NCBI GenBank assembly: GCA_023515725.1
Contig: JALDTO010000179.1
Span: 578,053-642,052, forward strand
Direction of reading: 5' to 3'
Source: Amoeboaphelidium protococcarum X5
Taxonomy: Eukaryota; Fungi; Aphelidiomycota
Length of the DNA: 64,000 bases
The notes beneath the pieces are model-generated. The model saw only the letters and a program-made list of their open reading frames with translations, searched no databases and had not been told where the DNA came from. Shown in pieces: positions 37,369 through 50,754 of this stretch. The translations under genes were made by a program, and so were the position numbers. Within the stretch, counting starts at the first letter, position 1, and each line of letters opens with the position of its first letter.

Positions 37369-37603
37369 TCCTGCATAAGTATTAAATGAACATTTATGTG
37401 AGTCAGTGAGTCAGTGAGATGTTGAATTTTCTCGATTGTCCGTTTCACCCGAGAATATCTCGATCTCTCGTTTGTTCTTCGTCACTCGCACGTCGTGGAT
37501 TTCGATCTTTCTCTCTTATCTTGTAGTTTAGTATTTGGAGTCTCGGCTGGTTGAATCCCCTTTACTTAAACTATTATTATTATTATTTGAAATTTTAAAA
37601 ACT

Positions 37604-39967
37604 ATGAATGAGTTGCCGTAAGTCATTTAATCGTTTCTGAGAGCTACAGCTGCTTCATAACCGGCTGGGCCACCATCATATGCTGCGTTTCTCGCTTCCA
37701 TTCGGTAGAATAGAAAGAAGAACTTTGCTCTGTTGGTGGTTCTTCTTTCTAGTCCTTGGATATATCGTTACATCAAGAGCAGGTATGAGAAGACTGGATT
37801 TTATAGTGAGAGAAGGAAACGTTTGGAGAGTTTTGCTCATCATTTGAATGCTGCAGAGTTGATGGAGTATCAAGAGGAGGATGCCCAGTTGGCTGTGGAT
37901 GCCTCTAAACTGACTCAGAACGAGGATGATCCGGTTGCTGCAGAGGAGAGCATGGACAATTTGAATAAAGCTGCTCAAGTTGAAAAGATGACCAAAAAGA
38001 AGAAGTAATCTGTTGACAAACAGTTTTATCATAAGTTGCAGTTGCTTCTAAAAATTATCGTTCCGCGCTGGAGATCCAAAGAGGCTGCATTTATTGCCGT
38101 ATAAGGACTGTTTTTGGTGTTGAGAACTTGGCTCAGTGTTGTTGTTGCTAATATTGATGGTAGAATTGTAAAGGATATTGTGTCTGGAAATGGAAAGTAG
38201 TTCCTAGTGGGACTTGGCTACTGGTTTGCCATCGCTGTGCCTGCTACCTACACCAACTCCATGATTCGTTATTTGTAGAGCAAGATGGCTATTGCTTTCA
38301 GAACTCGACTGACCACTTATTTCCACAATTTGTACTTTGAGGATTTGATATACTACAAGCTACTTAATTTGGATAATCGTATTACTGGTCCTGACTAGCT
38401 GATATGTAATGATGTCGCCCGGTTTTGTGATGCTCTTGCCTCGCTGTATTCAAATCTTGCCAAGCCTATTCTGGACACTGCCATCTTTACTTATTAGTTA
38501 AACAGATCGATTGGCTCTGTTGGTATGGCGTTTATATTTGTCAACTACCAGTTTACGGCGTGGTTACTGAGGAAGGCTACTCCTGGATTTGGTAAATTGG
38601 CTGCTGTGGAAGCCAAGTTGGAAGGAGATTTTAGAGGAGCTCATGGTCGATTGATTACTAATGCTGAAGAGATTGCCTTTTATGATGGAGGCAAGAGGGA
38701 ACATGGCATCTTGGACAAGACTTATAAGACTTTGATTCGTCACGTCAATCGTATTTTCAGAATAAGAATATTCTACAACATGTTTGAAGATTTTATAATC
38801 AAATACGCATGGAGTGCCGTGGGACTTTTAATCTGCTCTGTGCCCGTGTTCTTCCCTTCCCTGGCTGGTATAGCTGTTAGCGGTGATGCTTCTAATAGTA
38901 GTCATGGCTCTAGGACGTAGGGATTTATTACCAACAAACGGTTGATGATATCTCTAGCAGATGCAGGTGGTAGAATAATGTATTCTTACAAAGAGATGGC
39001 TGAACTTGCTGGCTTCACTAGCCGTGTATGTGAACTGATGACTGTTTTGAATGATCTTAAAGTACAAAGATATTAGAAGAAGGCTCTAAATGCATCATCA
39101 CAGTCTTCTTAGGAGAATGGTACTCTATTAGATGAAGAAAATTTTTCTATTGATCGTATTGAAGGCACCGTTGAGTTGGGTTATAATGGCGTCTCGTTGT
39201 AGTAGGTGCCAGTTGTCACTCCGTCTGGCGATCTATTGGTGAAGAATGTTAATTTCGACATCTGGCCAGGAATGCATTTGATGATCAGTGGATCTAATGG
39301 TGTTGGTAAGAGTGCAGTGATGAGAGTTATTTGCGGATTGTGGCCAGTCTTTAAGGGAAAACTGAACCGACCACTTGATGTAGATGTAGTAGCGATTCCC
39401 TAGAGGCCATACTTGTCCATTGGCTCTTTGAGAGATTAGGTGATCTATCCTCATAATCATACGAATATGCAGCTTTCTGGTAGGACTGATGAAGATTTGA
39501 TGAGAATCCTAGAAATTGTGCATCTCGATTATCTGCCTGAGCGTGAAGGTGGATGGGATGCTTTGAGGGAATGGAAAGATGTGTTGAGTGGTGGAGAGAA
39601 GCAGAGAATGAACTTGGCCAGATTGTTCTATCATCGTCCACCATTCGCCATCCTTGATGAGGCAACGTCTGCTGTCAGTACAGATGTCGAGGGTCTTATG
39701 TATTAGAGAGCGCAAGATTTTGGTATTACGCTAATCACCATAAGTCATAAGCCATCACTGTTCAAGTACCACAAGTATCTTCTCACTCTGAAAGGTGAAG
39801 ATAAGAGTTGGGAGTGGACGGAGTTGAACAATGACAAGGCACAGACTACAGTTGAGAATGAAATTAAAGATTTGGAAAGTCGTCTCCAGCAAGAGGAGTC
39901 TATGGTAACTCGCTTGAATGAGATCAATTAGCTACTTGGAGTCAAGACTAATGCCACCAAGAAATGA
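37604..39967 (+). CDS. Peroxisomal ABCD half-transporter (Pxa1-like)
   Basis: [11 protein letters not shown]-like motif [16 protein letters not shown], Walker [26 protein letters not shown]. Confidence 0.92.
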
Positions 39968-40027
39968 GAAGGAAGATTTTTACGTATTTGAATTGATATG
40001 AATCGCGATATGAACAATAATGTTTTC

Positions 40028-41212
40028 TCAATCTTACGCATGTATCTCTTTACCATTAACCATTATAGTTGTAAATTACATTGATGATTCCAGATTACTC
40101 TTATTAACAGTGACAGACGAAGGTGATACTTGAATTTTCACAGAATCTCCAATGTTGATACCATCATCAAAAGTGACTTTAAGCTCTTTACCAACCTTGT
40201 CAGTACGAACAATCTGGCAAGTATGGCCAGTTGAAATCTAAATGTCGATAGTAGATTATGGCGCGTATTTGACACAATCAACGCGTAATGTGAACCAGCA
40301 CTCGTCAACCAATAACACTTTGAAACTGCACTCAAAGACTTTAGTGCTATGAACATACTCCATAGTCAGCACTTTCAATCCACTACCCATACTCTTGACA
40401 TACGGCGGGAATCCGTATTTATGATAGTATGAAGCGATATTGCTCACTGAACTCGGAAACGACGAGCTCACGGTATCCAGGATCCAGGAGGGAATACTAC
40501 CATTAGGATTAGTCTAGATCATATAGGAGACGCGCATGCACCCATTCTTCAAATCCTCCAAATGCATAACACCCATATCAAGACAGGCTCTCACATGTCT
40601 AGAATCAGCCTTCAACTGACGCCATTTATCCTTCATTACTATTGGACCAGTGGGTTGTTGATCTTATTACTCAGGTAGAGAGAAACCAACAGCGACTAAG
40701 TTGACACCATGAGAACTACCGGGTTCTGCAGTATTACAATCGCCTCCATCGGATGGAACTTCAAAAGATACGGCTCCAACTAGCAGATCGCGTGGACTAA
40801 CTGGCCAGACAGCCTTGGACTTGGATAGTGCAATTTTACAGTCAAGAGAGAAGGCTTCAATCAGATCAGCTCCATTGAACATTTCATCCCAGATCATGCG
40901 ACAACCGGATGATTAAAAGATTGCCATGAAATCGTCCATGTTATGTATGCAATTACTTTCAGAACTTTTCGCTGCAGCATCCGATTGCTAAGCAGAATTG
41001 TATAGAGGATACTCAGCGACGCCAAGGACTATGCCAGTGGGGTGATTAGCAATAGGTTTCTTGTACACTTTCACCGCACCATCAATGATGCGAACATGTT
41101 ACTGAGCCATCATCTCCTGTCTCAATTGGATATACTGTTAAAATTTAGCTTGAGCTCTGTCCAGTATACTCTTCTCAACCACACGGTCATCATTACTATC
41201 TGGGATTGACAT
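40028..41212 (-). CDS. START-domain lipid-binding protein 1
   Basis: RMIWDEMF, KAVWPVSPRDL, HVRA, QTNPNGSIPSW, then a beta-rich C-terminal extension. Confidence 0.85.
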
Positions 41213-41516
41213 CTTAATCGCTGAGATTTAACTGATATGTAGTGAGTGTTATTGCAACAAGAGACGAGTCTGGCACGCTGTGGCTTAAACGCGTCGCCGG
41301 GATCAAATAGTGAAAGCTTGATTGAATACTAATATTATAAGTATTTTTTAACAGGAATGTTCGCAGAAGTATTTATAGTTTATTATTCATTCTATTTATT
41401 CAAACTGGGCTAAGAGACTAACCATCAAAAGTCCATGAACCACAGTTTAGAGATGACACAGAAGAACACCCAGAGCTATTGAAGAAACACCACAACATTA
41501 TATCATGTTACAAACT

Positions 41517-42734
41517 TCATTATTCAGACCACAAAGCTAAATTATCTTGAGAAGTCTTGTTATTAATTTTTGGCGTTACTTGATCAAAGAATTGCTTCTT
41601 GATCTACAGATGATGTGCAAAGTTGGTCAATCCCTTTTCATACTTGGACAAGGATAAATGCAGCTCATCCTTCATATCACTGCTCAACTGGACATCAAGC
41701 TAAACTAAGCAATTATGCTGATCCTTCGTAAGCGTAACTTAAATTGGACCACCTTCATTATTATTACCAACTCTATCGTTAGAGTGAATGAACAGGGACT
41801 CTCTATTTTAAGCCCAGTTGAAATCAACACGAATTATCAATGTCATCTTACCATTTAAGCCAGAATTAAACTTTATCAATAACTATCCCTTCTATTAGAT
41901 GTAGTCGATGTATTTTATAATACTTGATAGAGCTACTTCTCCTTACAATTACTACTCAAGAGAAGACCATGACAAATCGAGAAGCATCGGAGGGCCACCA
42001 TTCTTCACCGCAAAATCTGCTGCGTCAATCATTGATCGAGGAATAACCTTGGTGGCTAGTGGCATAACATAGGAGACCATACCTTTAGGATCCATCTACA
42101 TCATCATGCTCAGTTTCAACTTATCTCCAAGACGCGTCACATAGAAACTGGCCAGTCTGATTGTGGCAATCGTTCGCTTACTCAACTCCTGAGGTGTCAG
42201 TGTATTTGCCACCTATGGACCATACTGAAAATCATCTACAGAACATATGAAGCACAGCGCAGATTCTCCGTTACCATCTGTGCCATACTGAGGATTGTAC
42301 ATCACTGTAGCAAGACCGGGAAACACGCGGCTTGTGATAGGCCAGATGCCTTTGACCAGAGCAGTTCCCAGCACGGATTTAGTATTAAGAATCTCATGGA
42401 ATCTCGAGTCTTCAAATACAGGATCCCACTAGCATTTAACAGATGGATACACTAGAGTGGAGATCAGATCCAGGGCGGACAGCTGCTAATATCCAGACAA
42501 ATCAATCTCCGCTCTAATGACACGATTCAACGCCGGACTGGGCTAATCATTCAACTGCGCCGTATAGATCTTGGTCTACTTACCATCACTCTCAACTTTC
42601 CAATCCACTGACTCGCCATAGTACTGTTACAAGCGTGCATATGCAGCCTTCACCAAATCGTAATACTTGTGCTTATCGCCAAAATCGCTCGTAGACAGCA
42701 GAGGATCATTTAGATTAGTTTTGAGAATTGTCAT
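41517..42734 (-). CDS. START-domain lipid-binding protein 2 (divergent tandem paralog)
   Basis: KCQWDPVF, KGIWPITSR, QMDPKG, GGPP, similar C-terminal extension. Open only under table 6. Confidence 0.75.
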
Positions 42735-43240
42735 ACTTATTAGCTTCTGATTATAATCGCACAATTGTTCTCTTTGTGTAAAATTATGAGCAGATTAAAG
42801 ATGTTCGTAGTACTTAACGTAGCGAGAGAGAGATCAATCAAAGTGCGCCACAGAACCGGCTTTTAACGAGATTTCGCTGATCTTTGTTGAATCTGCGTTT
42901 TGACTCACCAATCTGGCGCTGTCGTTTCATCACCACGATGATGATTCGTCATTGTTGTAAAGAAGATTTGTAGCAATAAATAATATTAAAACTTAGTACC
43001 ATTTTCTTTCTACTGATCTTAGCTGTGTAATATCTTTATTGCACTTACAGAGCATGATCAATTTTCGATACATGAGCATTCTATTGTGGCAAGCAGATTG
43101 AAGCTTACCGCTTGAGCATCGTTCACTTAAACGCGTGGCACGTTTTCACTTCATCTTTACCGCCAGATAATGATTTTTTGAGTCGGTACTTTTAGCCATA
43201 ACAGAAATCTTGGGATCAATTTCTCAAATTAGATAGAATT

Positions 43241-43792
43241 ATGAAGATCAAATAAAAATACGTACCAAAGGCTAAGAGAAATGCTGGACCGCTTTAGAGT
43301 GATCGGAAATGGAAAGATACTAATGCGAGTTAACGCATCATCTTTGTGAAATGTCCAAACTGCTAGTAAAGCATCAAAGAATCTGAATTTAATAAGCATC
43401 TTAGAATAGAACTTCTCGATCCTAAATGGGCATAATAAAAAAAGATTGAATTGGATAGGCGAGGTGGGCGGTCCAGTAATTTGCTTGATGATGGCGCGTA
43501 GGTGCATTAATTTCTATCTCATCTTTAATCTGGTGATGATGGCAACGATAAATCTGCTGCATAATCTTAATCAGCGTCCACTTTAAGCTCTCTTAATTCT
43601 AGTGATGGTCATAGCAACGCGCATAAAAGAAAACCTGTGCTATGGGATGGTACTACAGAGTCTATTAGCATTACTACAAAGACAGCGATTGCAGTTCAAT
43701 TACAATAAGGCTTGGATGGACATTTACACAACGACAAACCTCTCATAGGCCCTCAGCTTCCTAAATCCAAGAAATAAATGTGTAAATATTGA
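43241..43792 (+). CDS. SF3A1/Prp21 middle-domain-only protein (183 aa)
   Basis: MKIKQKYVPK, CPNCQQSIKESEFNKHLRIELLDPKW, VLWDG, IGPQ. In-frame TGA upstream at 43073. Confidence 0.8.
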
Positions 43793-43868
43793 TGAATAGC
43801 ATTTATAGATTAGTATTATTCTATTTTTTTCAAGTCTATAATGTATATATTGTATAAAACATCATCTA

Positions 43869-45836
43869 TCATCTTTTTAGAGGAATGATTAAAGACTCTT
43901 GCTCACTATCAGATGCTTCACCAGGAGGCTTCCACTTATCCTGGACCAATACTTTACCACTCCTGAGCCAGTCAATATCCTCGACCAGAGCCGGATTAAG
44001 CAACTTCGCGTGATATTTGCGACGAATCACCTGGAGAATATAATCCAAATCGGAGCCATCTTTAACAACTGATCCATAGAGACCGTACTTCTACCGCAAG
44101 TTGACCATATCCATAATCACATTCCCAATTTCTTTGTGCCTGCTGTCATTATGAAGCTATTTCAAAATTAGATAGTACGTGCCATCATCTGGCTTGATCA
44201 GCTATCGCACAGTCTAATACAGTTCATACACATGCATAGACTGCGATTAATGCTGACGAAGCAGTATCGCCATATTGAACGTGTTGGTATCGGCAACCTG
44301 TTCGTCATCAGAAGACTTGACATTATGACGAGACAACTATTGCTATTATTCGTGACGACTGAGAGCCTGAGATATTAAACTATCAGCATCTTGGAACTAT
44401 TTACACCTGATCATGGAGAGTAAAGCATAGTTCAAACTCTTAGATGCGGGATTCATTGATTTGTCAAGCATCTGGTAATAAGTCTCGGCGTTCTTCATCA
44501 GGAGGGCTTAATGTTTAGTCGACTTGTCACTTTATTTCAGAACTCTTATCACATCTCGATAAGAGGTCCCGTTGATACCAGCACGAGCACACCGTGCCAC
44601 AATCAGCGAGTTGAAGCTCTTCTCATCAGGCTCGTGGCCGTCACTCTTCAACCTCTCTATCAAGGCCTCAACTTTCTCAACGCGTCCACGTATAGCAAAA
44701 TTCCATAACAATACATTGTATAAATCTATGGTGGGCTTAATTTTCAGCGACTACATCTCCATTGTGATACTGTTCAAATTCGCATCCCGGTCATGAGACT
44801 GCGCCAAATACTTCAAAATCACACCATAAGAGTACGCGTTGGGTCTCATCTACTTGCTCTCTTTCATTATAGCCAACAAGTTAAGCATGGCCATCTTATC
44901 TCCAGACATTCGGTAACAATCCAGAAGTGAATTATACAAATGAGTTAATGCAGACTCTGGATGATATTTGCGCGTGGACGACTATCTAATCTACTAACTC
45001 TGTACCAAATTGTGAGCAATTTTCAACCACTTGATACATCCTTGAGGATCACGTAACCGCGCATGACCATAAATTATAGTATGAAGTAACTGTAAATCAA
45101 GACTTATATTTTAACTTTTCAGTACAGATTCCAGTATCCGATTAGCTTAGATGATATGCGGATTCTTACCCAAGTCCATACGGAATTCACGCTTGACAAA
45201 GTCATCAGATGCCTTGTCCATTAGAGATTTAATCAAATAATCTGCTGCACCAACTGAGACTATATTCTAATCCTTATGAACCAAATCAAATATCTGAGTA
45301 GCCATATCAAATCTTTACTAGTTACACAGGCCCTTGGTCAGAGCGAATACTGTCTTTTTATCAACAGTTATACCATCATCCCTCAATCGCTTAAACACAG
45401 AGAATAATTCAGAATGTGGCCTCTCATAAAGTACCATAAAGTCTAATAGCTAATTATACGAAACTATATCCTTCTTTGGTATATCATTGAACACGCGCGC
45501 AACAATTTCCAATGACGGGCAATACTTATCTGATATGCTCTTTGAGAAGGTGAGCTAATGCAATCGATTCAGGGCTACAGACGCGTATTCATTAGATATC
45601 TTATTAGTCTCGACTTGTTTTACAAAAGACTGTTGATCAAGATTTTTGATATCTTCATCATTAGAAATTATTTAACCATTTTTCACTATATCTATATCAG
45701 TGTACCGGGTGCTTGATTAATGAATCTATCGCGTATTTCTCAAATTTACAGCGGATGTAAGATATAGTTTTGTCGACCGCACTTAGTAGCCATGTGTACG
45801 TAAACCAAGGCCAGCATATTTAAATATCCGCTACAT
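43869..45836 (-). CDS. Mitochondrial pentatricopeptide-repeat (PPR) protein
   Basis: Basic presequence and repeated PPR units (DIVSYNQLL, LYNSLLDCY, PNAYSYGVIL, PTIDLYNVLL, PDDGTYYLIL). Confidence 0.85.
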
Positions 45837-46076
45837 AAGATTACAATCTTGACTCAATCCCAATTCAGTCAATTTTTCACTTCTCTTCAAAACAATTGAT
45901 CAATCAATCGGCGGTGAGTTCTCCTTTGCTTTCTTTTACTGAAAAGCTTACATTCGCGCTCGTTCAATTCTTAATACAAATTTATAGGAGCGAAACTATA
46001 TTGTAATTAATCTAGTCTGTTAGTCAATCGCTGGCAATATTTTTGCCTACTATAGAATTGCCAGTACTCATTAAAA

Positions 46077-47165
46077 ATGACATCACTGCTAAATTAGCTA
46101 TACCATAGAGTTCTGACACAGGGCGACTCTTAGTCAGAAGATGATGTTGGAGATTCCGATCTGGCGTCACCTCTACTTCTAATGGCACATTAGCACATAA
46201 CGTCTCTAGTTAGACCGGCAGTTAAGACTGTCGTTAATAATGTTATAATGGCCTCTGCATCCTCTTCGTCGCTGCCATTTAAAATTCCACCACAAGTCAA
46301 TTTATGGTTTGATGAGCTGTATTTAGTGTTTTAGTTATTGGTTGAAGCTAGATCGTTGATGCAAGACAATGCCACGATGCTTGAACATTTGTATGGAGTT
46401 GAGAGGAGCTTGTCGCGTAAAAGTATTAGTACTAGGCGCGTCTTGTTTATTAATATCATGCAGAGTATTATCGTACCTTATATAGTATCTAAGTGTGACG
46501 GCTATTAGCAAGACTTGAAAGATTTTGAGGAGCGGCGATTAACTATAGATGCTTGGTATAGTGCTAGGGAGAAGTTATTATTGTCAGAGTAGTCGCATAC
46601 TAAACTTTTTTCGAGATTGATATATATTGTAAAGCTGGTGTTATTGCGCTCTAAACAATTTATCTACAAATTGATGGAAGGACATTATTCCAATATCAGT
46701 ATCGTGGTGCGATTATGTAATTTGGCGGTAAAGTTGTTATACTTTGTGGGCATGAGCAAATATTGGTCACTGAGTCATTTATTGACGGGTATTCGTTACA
46801 TCAATTCCCACGCTAAATAGTAATAGCAATAATTGAATGGAAAATAAGATTGGACTCGGTCTATAATTAATCTCTCTATCGTGGCTTTATACTTTTCAGA
46901 ATGGTGGACTGACACTGGATATAAACAGATCAAACAGGGTCAGAAATAGAGTTTAATTGTGCCTCCACCTATTACTCCTATGTTCCCTAAGAGGTAGTGT
47001 CCTATATGCGCGCAAGACACGTTCAAGAATGAAGTTTTGCTGAAAGAGACTGGTGTTGTTTACTGTCACGACTGTCTGAAGGCGTACATTCAAAAAATTT
47101 CTAAATCTGCAGATACATTCAAGGAGATGATCCTATCTAACCGTATTATTAAAATATACCTTTGA
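46077..47165 (+). CDS. PEX12: Peroxin Pex12 (RING)
   Basis: LVRPAV, WFDELYL...VE...ATMLEHLYGVER, FSEWW, VPPP, CPIC...TGVVYCHDC. Confidence 0.85.
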
Positions 47166-47416
47166 ATTCATGAATTTATTAAATGCTGTGCATAATTTTG
47201 AATTCTATTGTAGCTAATCCTTGTAGGCATCGTCACCAAAAGATCAAAATCTTGAAATGATTTAAACGCGCTCGCTCTCATCGCGGCTCTTCCTTTTGCG
47301 GTTTCAAGTCGCTTCATTCACTGTGGGGCATATAGAATTATACAATTCAGTTCGCTGTGTATTAGACTCAAATATTAGGAGATATCTGACCATAGCTATA
47401 GGAGCTTTTTAATAAA

Positions 47417-48205
47417 ATGGTTAATGCGCTAATAAATTCGCCAGCTTTGTTCAGTCTGAGCGGTATCGACAATATCGAACCTTTGGTGAGGAGCATGTTG
47501 TTCACTCCCCTGAATGAGTCCAAGTCTATTCTGAATGGTAATGTGCTGAATACTGCCAGTCCTCTGGTGGAACGTTTAATTAAGCAGTTGACAATGTATG
47601 AACTTACGCTTCAGGATGACAAGTACAGCTAAGAGACTCAGAATCAAATTCGCAACCTGGCGAACAAGTGCAAGTTGAGTCCGTAAGATTTTGTCGCTCA
47701 GAGTCGATTGTATCAGCAGTTTCCCACCACCATACTCAGATTATATCCTGATTCGTAGCTTTATAAGAGCAGCGATGATGTTGACAGCACATCGATTGAG
47801 TTATAAGAGCACCTGAAGGCATCAACATTGATAAATACTGTTCTGTAGCTATCTCATAATCTGAAGCATGATGTGTAAACTCTGCCGAATCACAAGTACA
47901 TTGCTCATCAGTTGGCCTTATTGTATCAGAGTATAAATCAGTTGCGTAACTTTATTAAAGCAAACTATCCTCCAATGAATTTCTTGAAGAAGGATGGAAG
48001 CAACGTATCCACGATTTTTGAAGGCTACAAAGAGCGGATCGAGGTGGAGTTTGATAATGTCAAGGCTGGATGTCAAACTAATGATACAGTGTCAGATCCT
48101 CAACTTAACGCTGATCTTCGCCAATGGCTAGTGAGCTTATGCACAGACGCTATTGAAGAACTGTCCAACAATGCTCCTATTATATACAGCTAATCTTTCA
48201 AGTGA
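47417..48205 (+). CDS. Hypothetical 262-aa helical protein
   Basis: Two ORF-track fragments join in frame under table 6; contains NHKYIAHQLALLYQSINQL. No family assigned. Confidence 0.7.
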
Positions 48206-48325
48206 TATAGTTGTAGAATTAAATGTCATTCTCCTAATATTTATTTTCTCTTTTGTTTTGATCTTTCGCTCTTAAAGTAACCGAGTTTTTTAATTAGAAA
48301 TTTATCCATCAGTCCGGAGTGAGGT

Positions 48326-49195
48326 ATGAATTACGCGTAGGAATAAAGAGATGAGTTGGAGGCTCTTTTAGCTATATACCCTGAAGAATTGAGAGTGGTT
48401 CGATTATCTAAAAGCATTTTGGATATAGATCCAGAGTTTGCTTCTCAGCTATAAATTGATGGAGATGACCGATTGATTGACGCTTTAAGTGCTCTCCAAG
48501 TTGAAGACGCTTCGAACGCGATTATTAGAGATAATACTGTCGTTGTAGTAAAATTATCTCCAGATTAGGATATTTGTATGGATGACGCTCCAGAATTGAC
48601 GGATTGTCTCGAAATAGTAGTTTCTCTGGCATTTTCGCTGAGTCCCAACTACCCATCCGATGCACCTGTAATGCATATTGAGATGGAGAATTTACCTGAT
48701 AGAATGCGGAAATAGATGAAAGATTAGACGCGTCAATGGCTGACAGAGCTAGAGTAATCCGCGCAGGAATACGCTGAGATGCCTTGTGTCTTTCAACTTG
48801 CGCAACATCTCAAGGATGGCCTTGATGCTTATATTCAGCAGCTGGTTGATAATCACAAGCATGAAGAAGAGTAAAGGCGGCTGGCTGAAGAGTAAGAGGC
48901 CGAGAGGAAGAGGAATGCAGGCACTCCAATAACAGAAGAGACGTTTAGAGCGTGGAAAGAGAAGTTTAATGCTTGGCGCAATGCTCAAAATCATCAAAGA
49001 TAGTAGCAGCAAATTGCGGCAGATTCGAACAAGTTGACGGGAAGATAAATATTTGAACGTAATATTGCTCTGGCCACTAGCGATGGTGCAGATGATGACG
49101 AGTCTGAAGTTGTCGTATTTGACAAGTCGGCATTTGAAGATGAAGTGTTCTCTTCAGACGATGATTAGGAAGACCAGGATGATCACAACACTTGA
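48326..49195 (+). CDS. GIR2: RWD-domain protein Gir2/RWDD1
   Basis: MNYAQEQRDELEALLAIYP, YPSDAP, MPCVF, GTPITEETFRAWKEKF, KLTGRQIFE. Confidence 0.9.
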
Positions 49196-49375
49196 AAACT
49201 CGACTTCAGGCTGACTCCTTGTCATTGAATGAAATGAACAGAGTTTTAAAAAAAGAGTTAAATAATATGTTTGAAGCTTATTATTCAATGGAACATCATT
49301 TAATCAAACTTAAATTAGAAACCGCTTTAAATAAGGGCCATTAATGTGCCCGTAAACAACTACCAGCGAGTTAGA

Positions 49376-49936
49376 TCAGAAAGCATAACAAGCCATAGCA
49401 GTAGCGATCGCAAACGCGACAAACTAAAGGTTCATCATGACTTCAGACGCGTCATTGCTAGAGTTGTTATTCTTATTATCACTGCTGGTGCCATTCTTCT
49501 TATTGGTAGGAGTAGCAGTGGATTTCTTGGTGGTGGAAGTAGCAGTGGCAGAAGTAGTTTTGTTACTAGCAGTAGGTGATCCACCCTCGAGCACGAAAGC
49601 GTGAGAGTAATTCACATCAGAGCCACCAGCCGTGATACGCACAGAGTAATCGCCACCAGCAGGCAAAGTGCTAGGAGCCTACCAGTTGAAAGACCCTGAA
49701 TCAGCAGGGATATTTGCACCGATACTTTCCACAACTTTCAGATTGTTTGAATCACCAGTGACGAGATCCAGAGATACGGTGGAAGCGCCGCCACTGCCAC
49801 CAGCCTTGACCCAGCCAATCTTGACGTTATCGCCAGCCTTCCAAACGGTGCCTTTGATAGGATTATTGATTGCATAGGACTGAGAGTAGATTTGAGCAGC
49901 GAGAGACGCGATTATTGTAAATAACTAATATTGCAT
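49376..49936 (-). CDS. Secreted Ser/Thr-rich GPI-anchored protein (Kre9/Knh1-N-like domain)
   Basis: Signal peptide, INNPIKGTVWKAG...IGW, GSFNW, YSVRI, NYSHAF, T/S stalk, hydrophobic tail. Confidence 0.85.
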
Positions 49937-50754
49937 GTTTACTATTATTATTATGGTTGTTAAGACTTTTGTATATATATTATATTTATTTTAAAATATA
50001 TAATGTTTTAAATTAAAAATAAAAGAAAAAGAAATGCTTCAAGTTCAGGCCTAGAAGTACAAAGATCTAGTGATCAATCAATGCAGAGCTGTGATTGGCT
50101 TTGAAACAGCGCCTGATTAGAGCAAAGGTACATTCGGGTGACGCAAGAGATTGTTACATTGCAATCTGGCCAATCAGTCAGTCAGGTTCTAATCGATCTT
50201 GAGACACCGTCGGAAGGTGGAAATCATTAATGTGACACGAACAATTTCAGAATTCTCGCTTGACAGTAAATGATACTCTGCGTGACACACATTCACACAA
50301 TAGGAAGAGCTGCTTTTGAGATAGACTGTTCAAATGAAATACATTTAGATCAAGTATGAAGAGTTGCTCAATTTCGACTGTTTTTGTCCTAGTTTTCCAC
50401 TATATATAGGATACACGAAGCTTTTTAGGCAATCTTATGAAACGTAGTTATACAACTGTTCATAAAATCAAGTAATTAAATTTTTGACTTCACACAATAA
50501 ATGACGTATAAGCATGGTACAGTATAGACACACTTCAGATACTGTAAATCATACGGCGGACTGCAAACAAAAATTTCAAACAATCGGCAATCGCCGGGCC
50601 GCAGCGTGATGAAATTCTCCTTCCGAGCGATTGTTGTAGTTGTTGAATAAAAGGCCTTCTTTACCCGCTTTCCCTGCTCTGTCTTGAGATTTTAATTACA
50701 ATTTCTTTCGCTCTGTGATTTCGCAGCTGTATTCTTCTGTCTGTATATAATATT

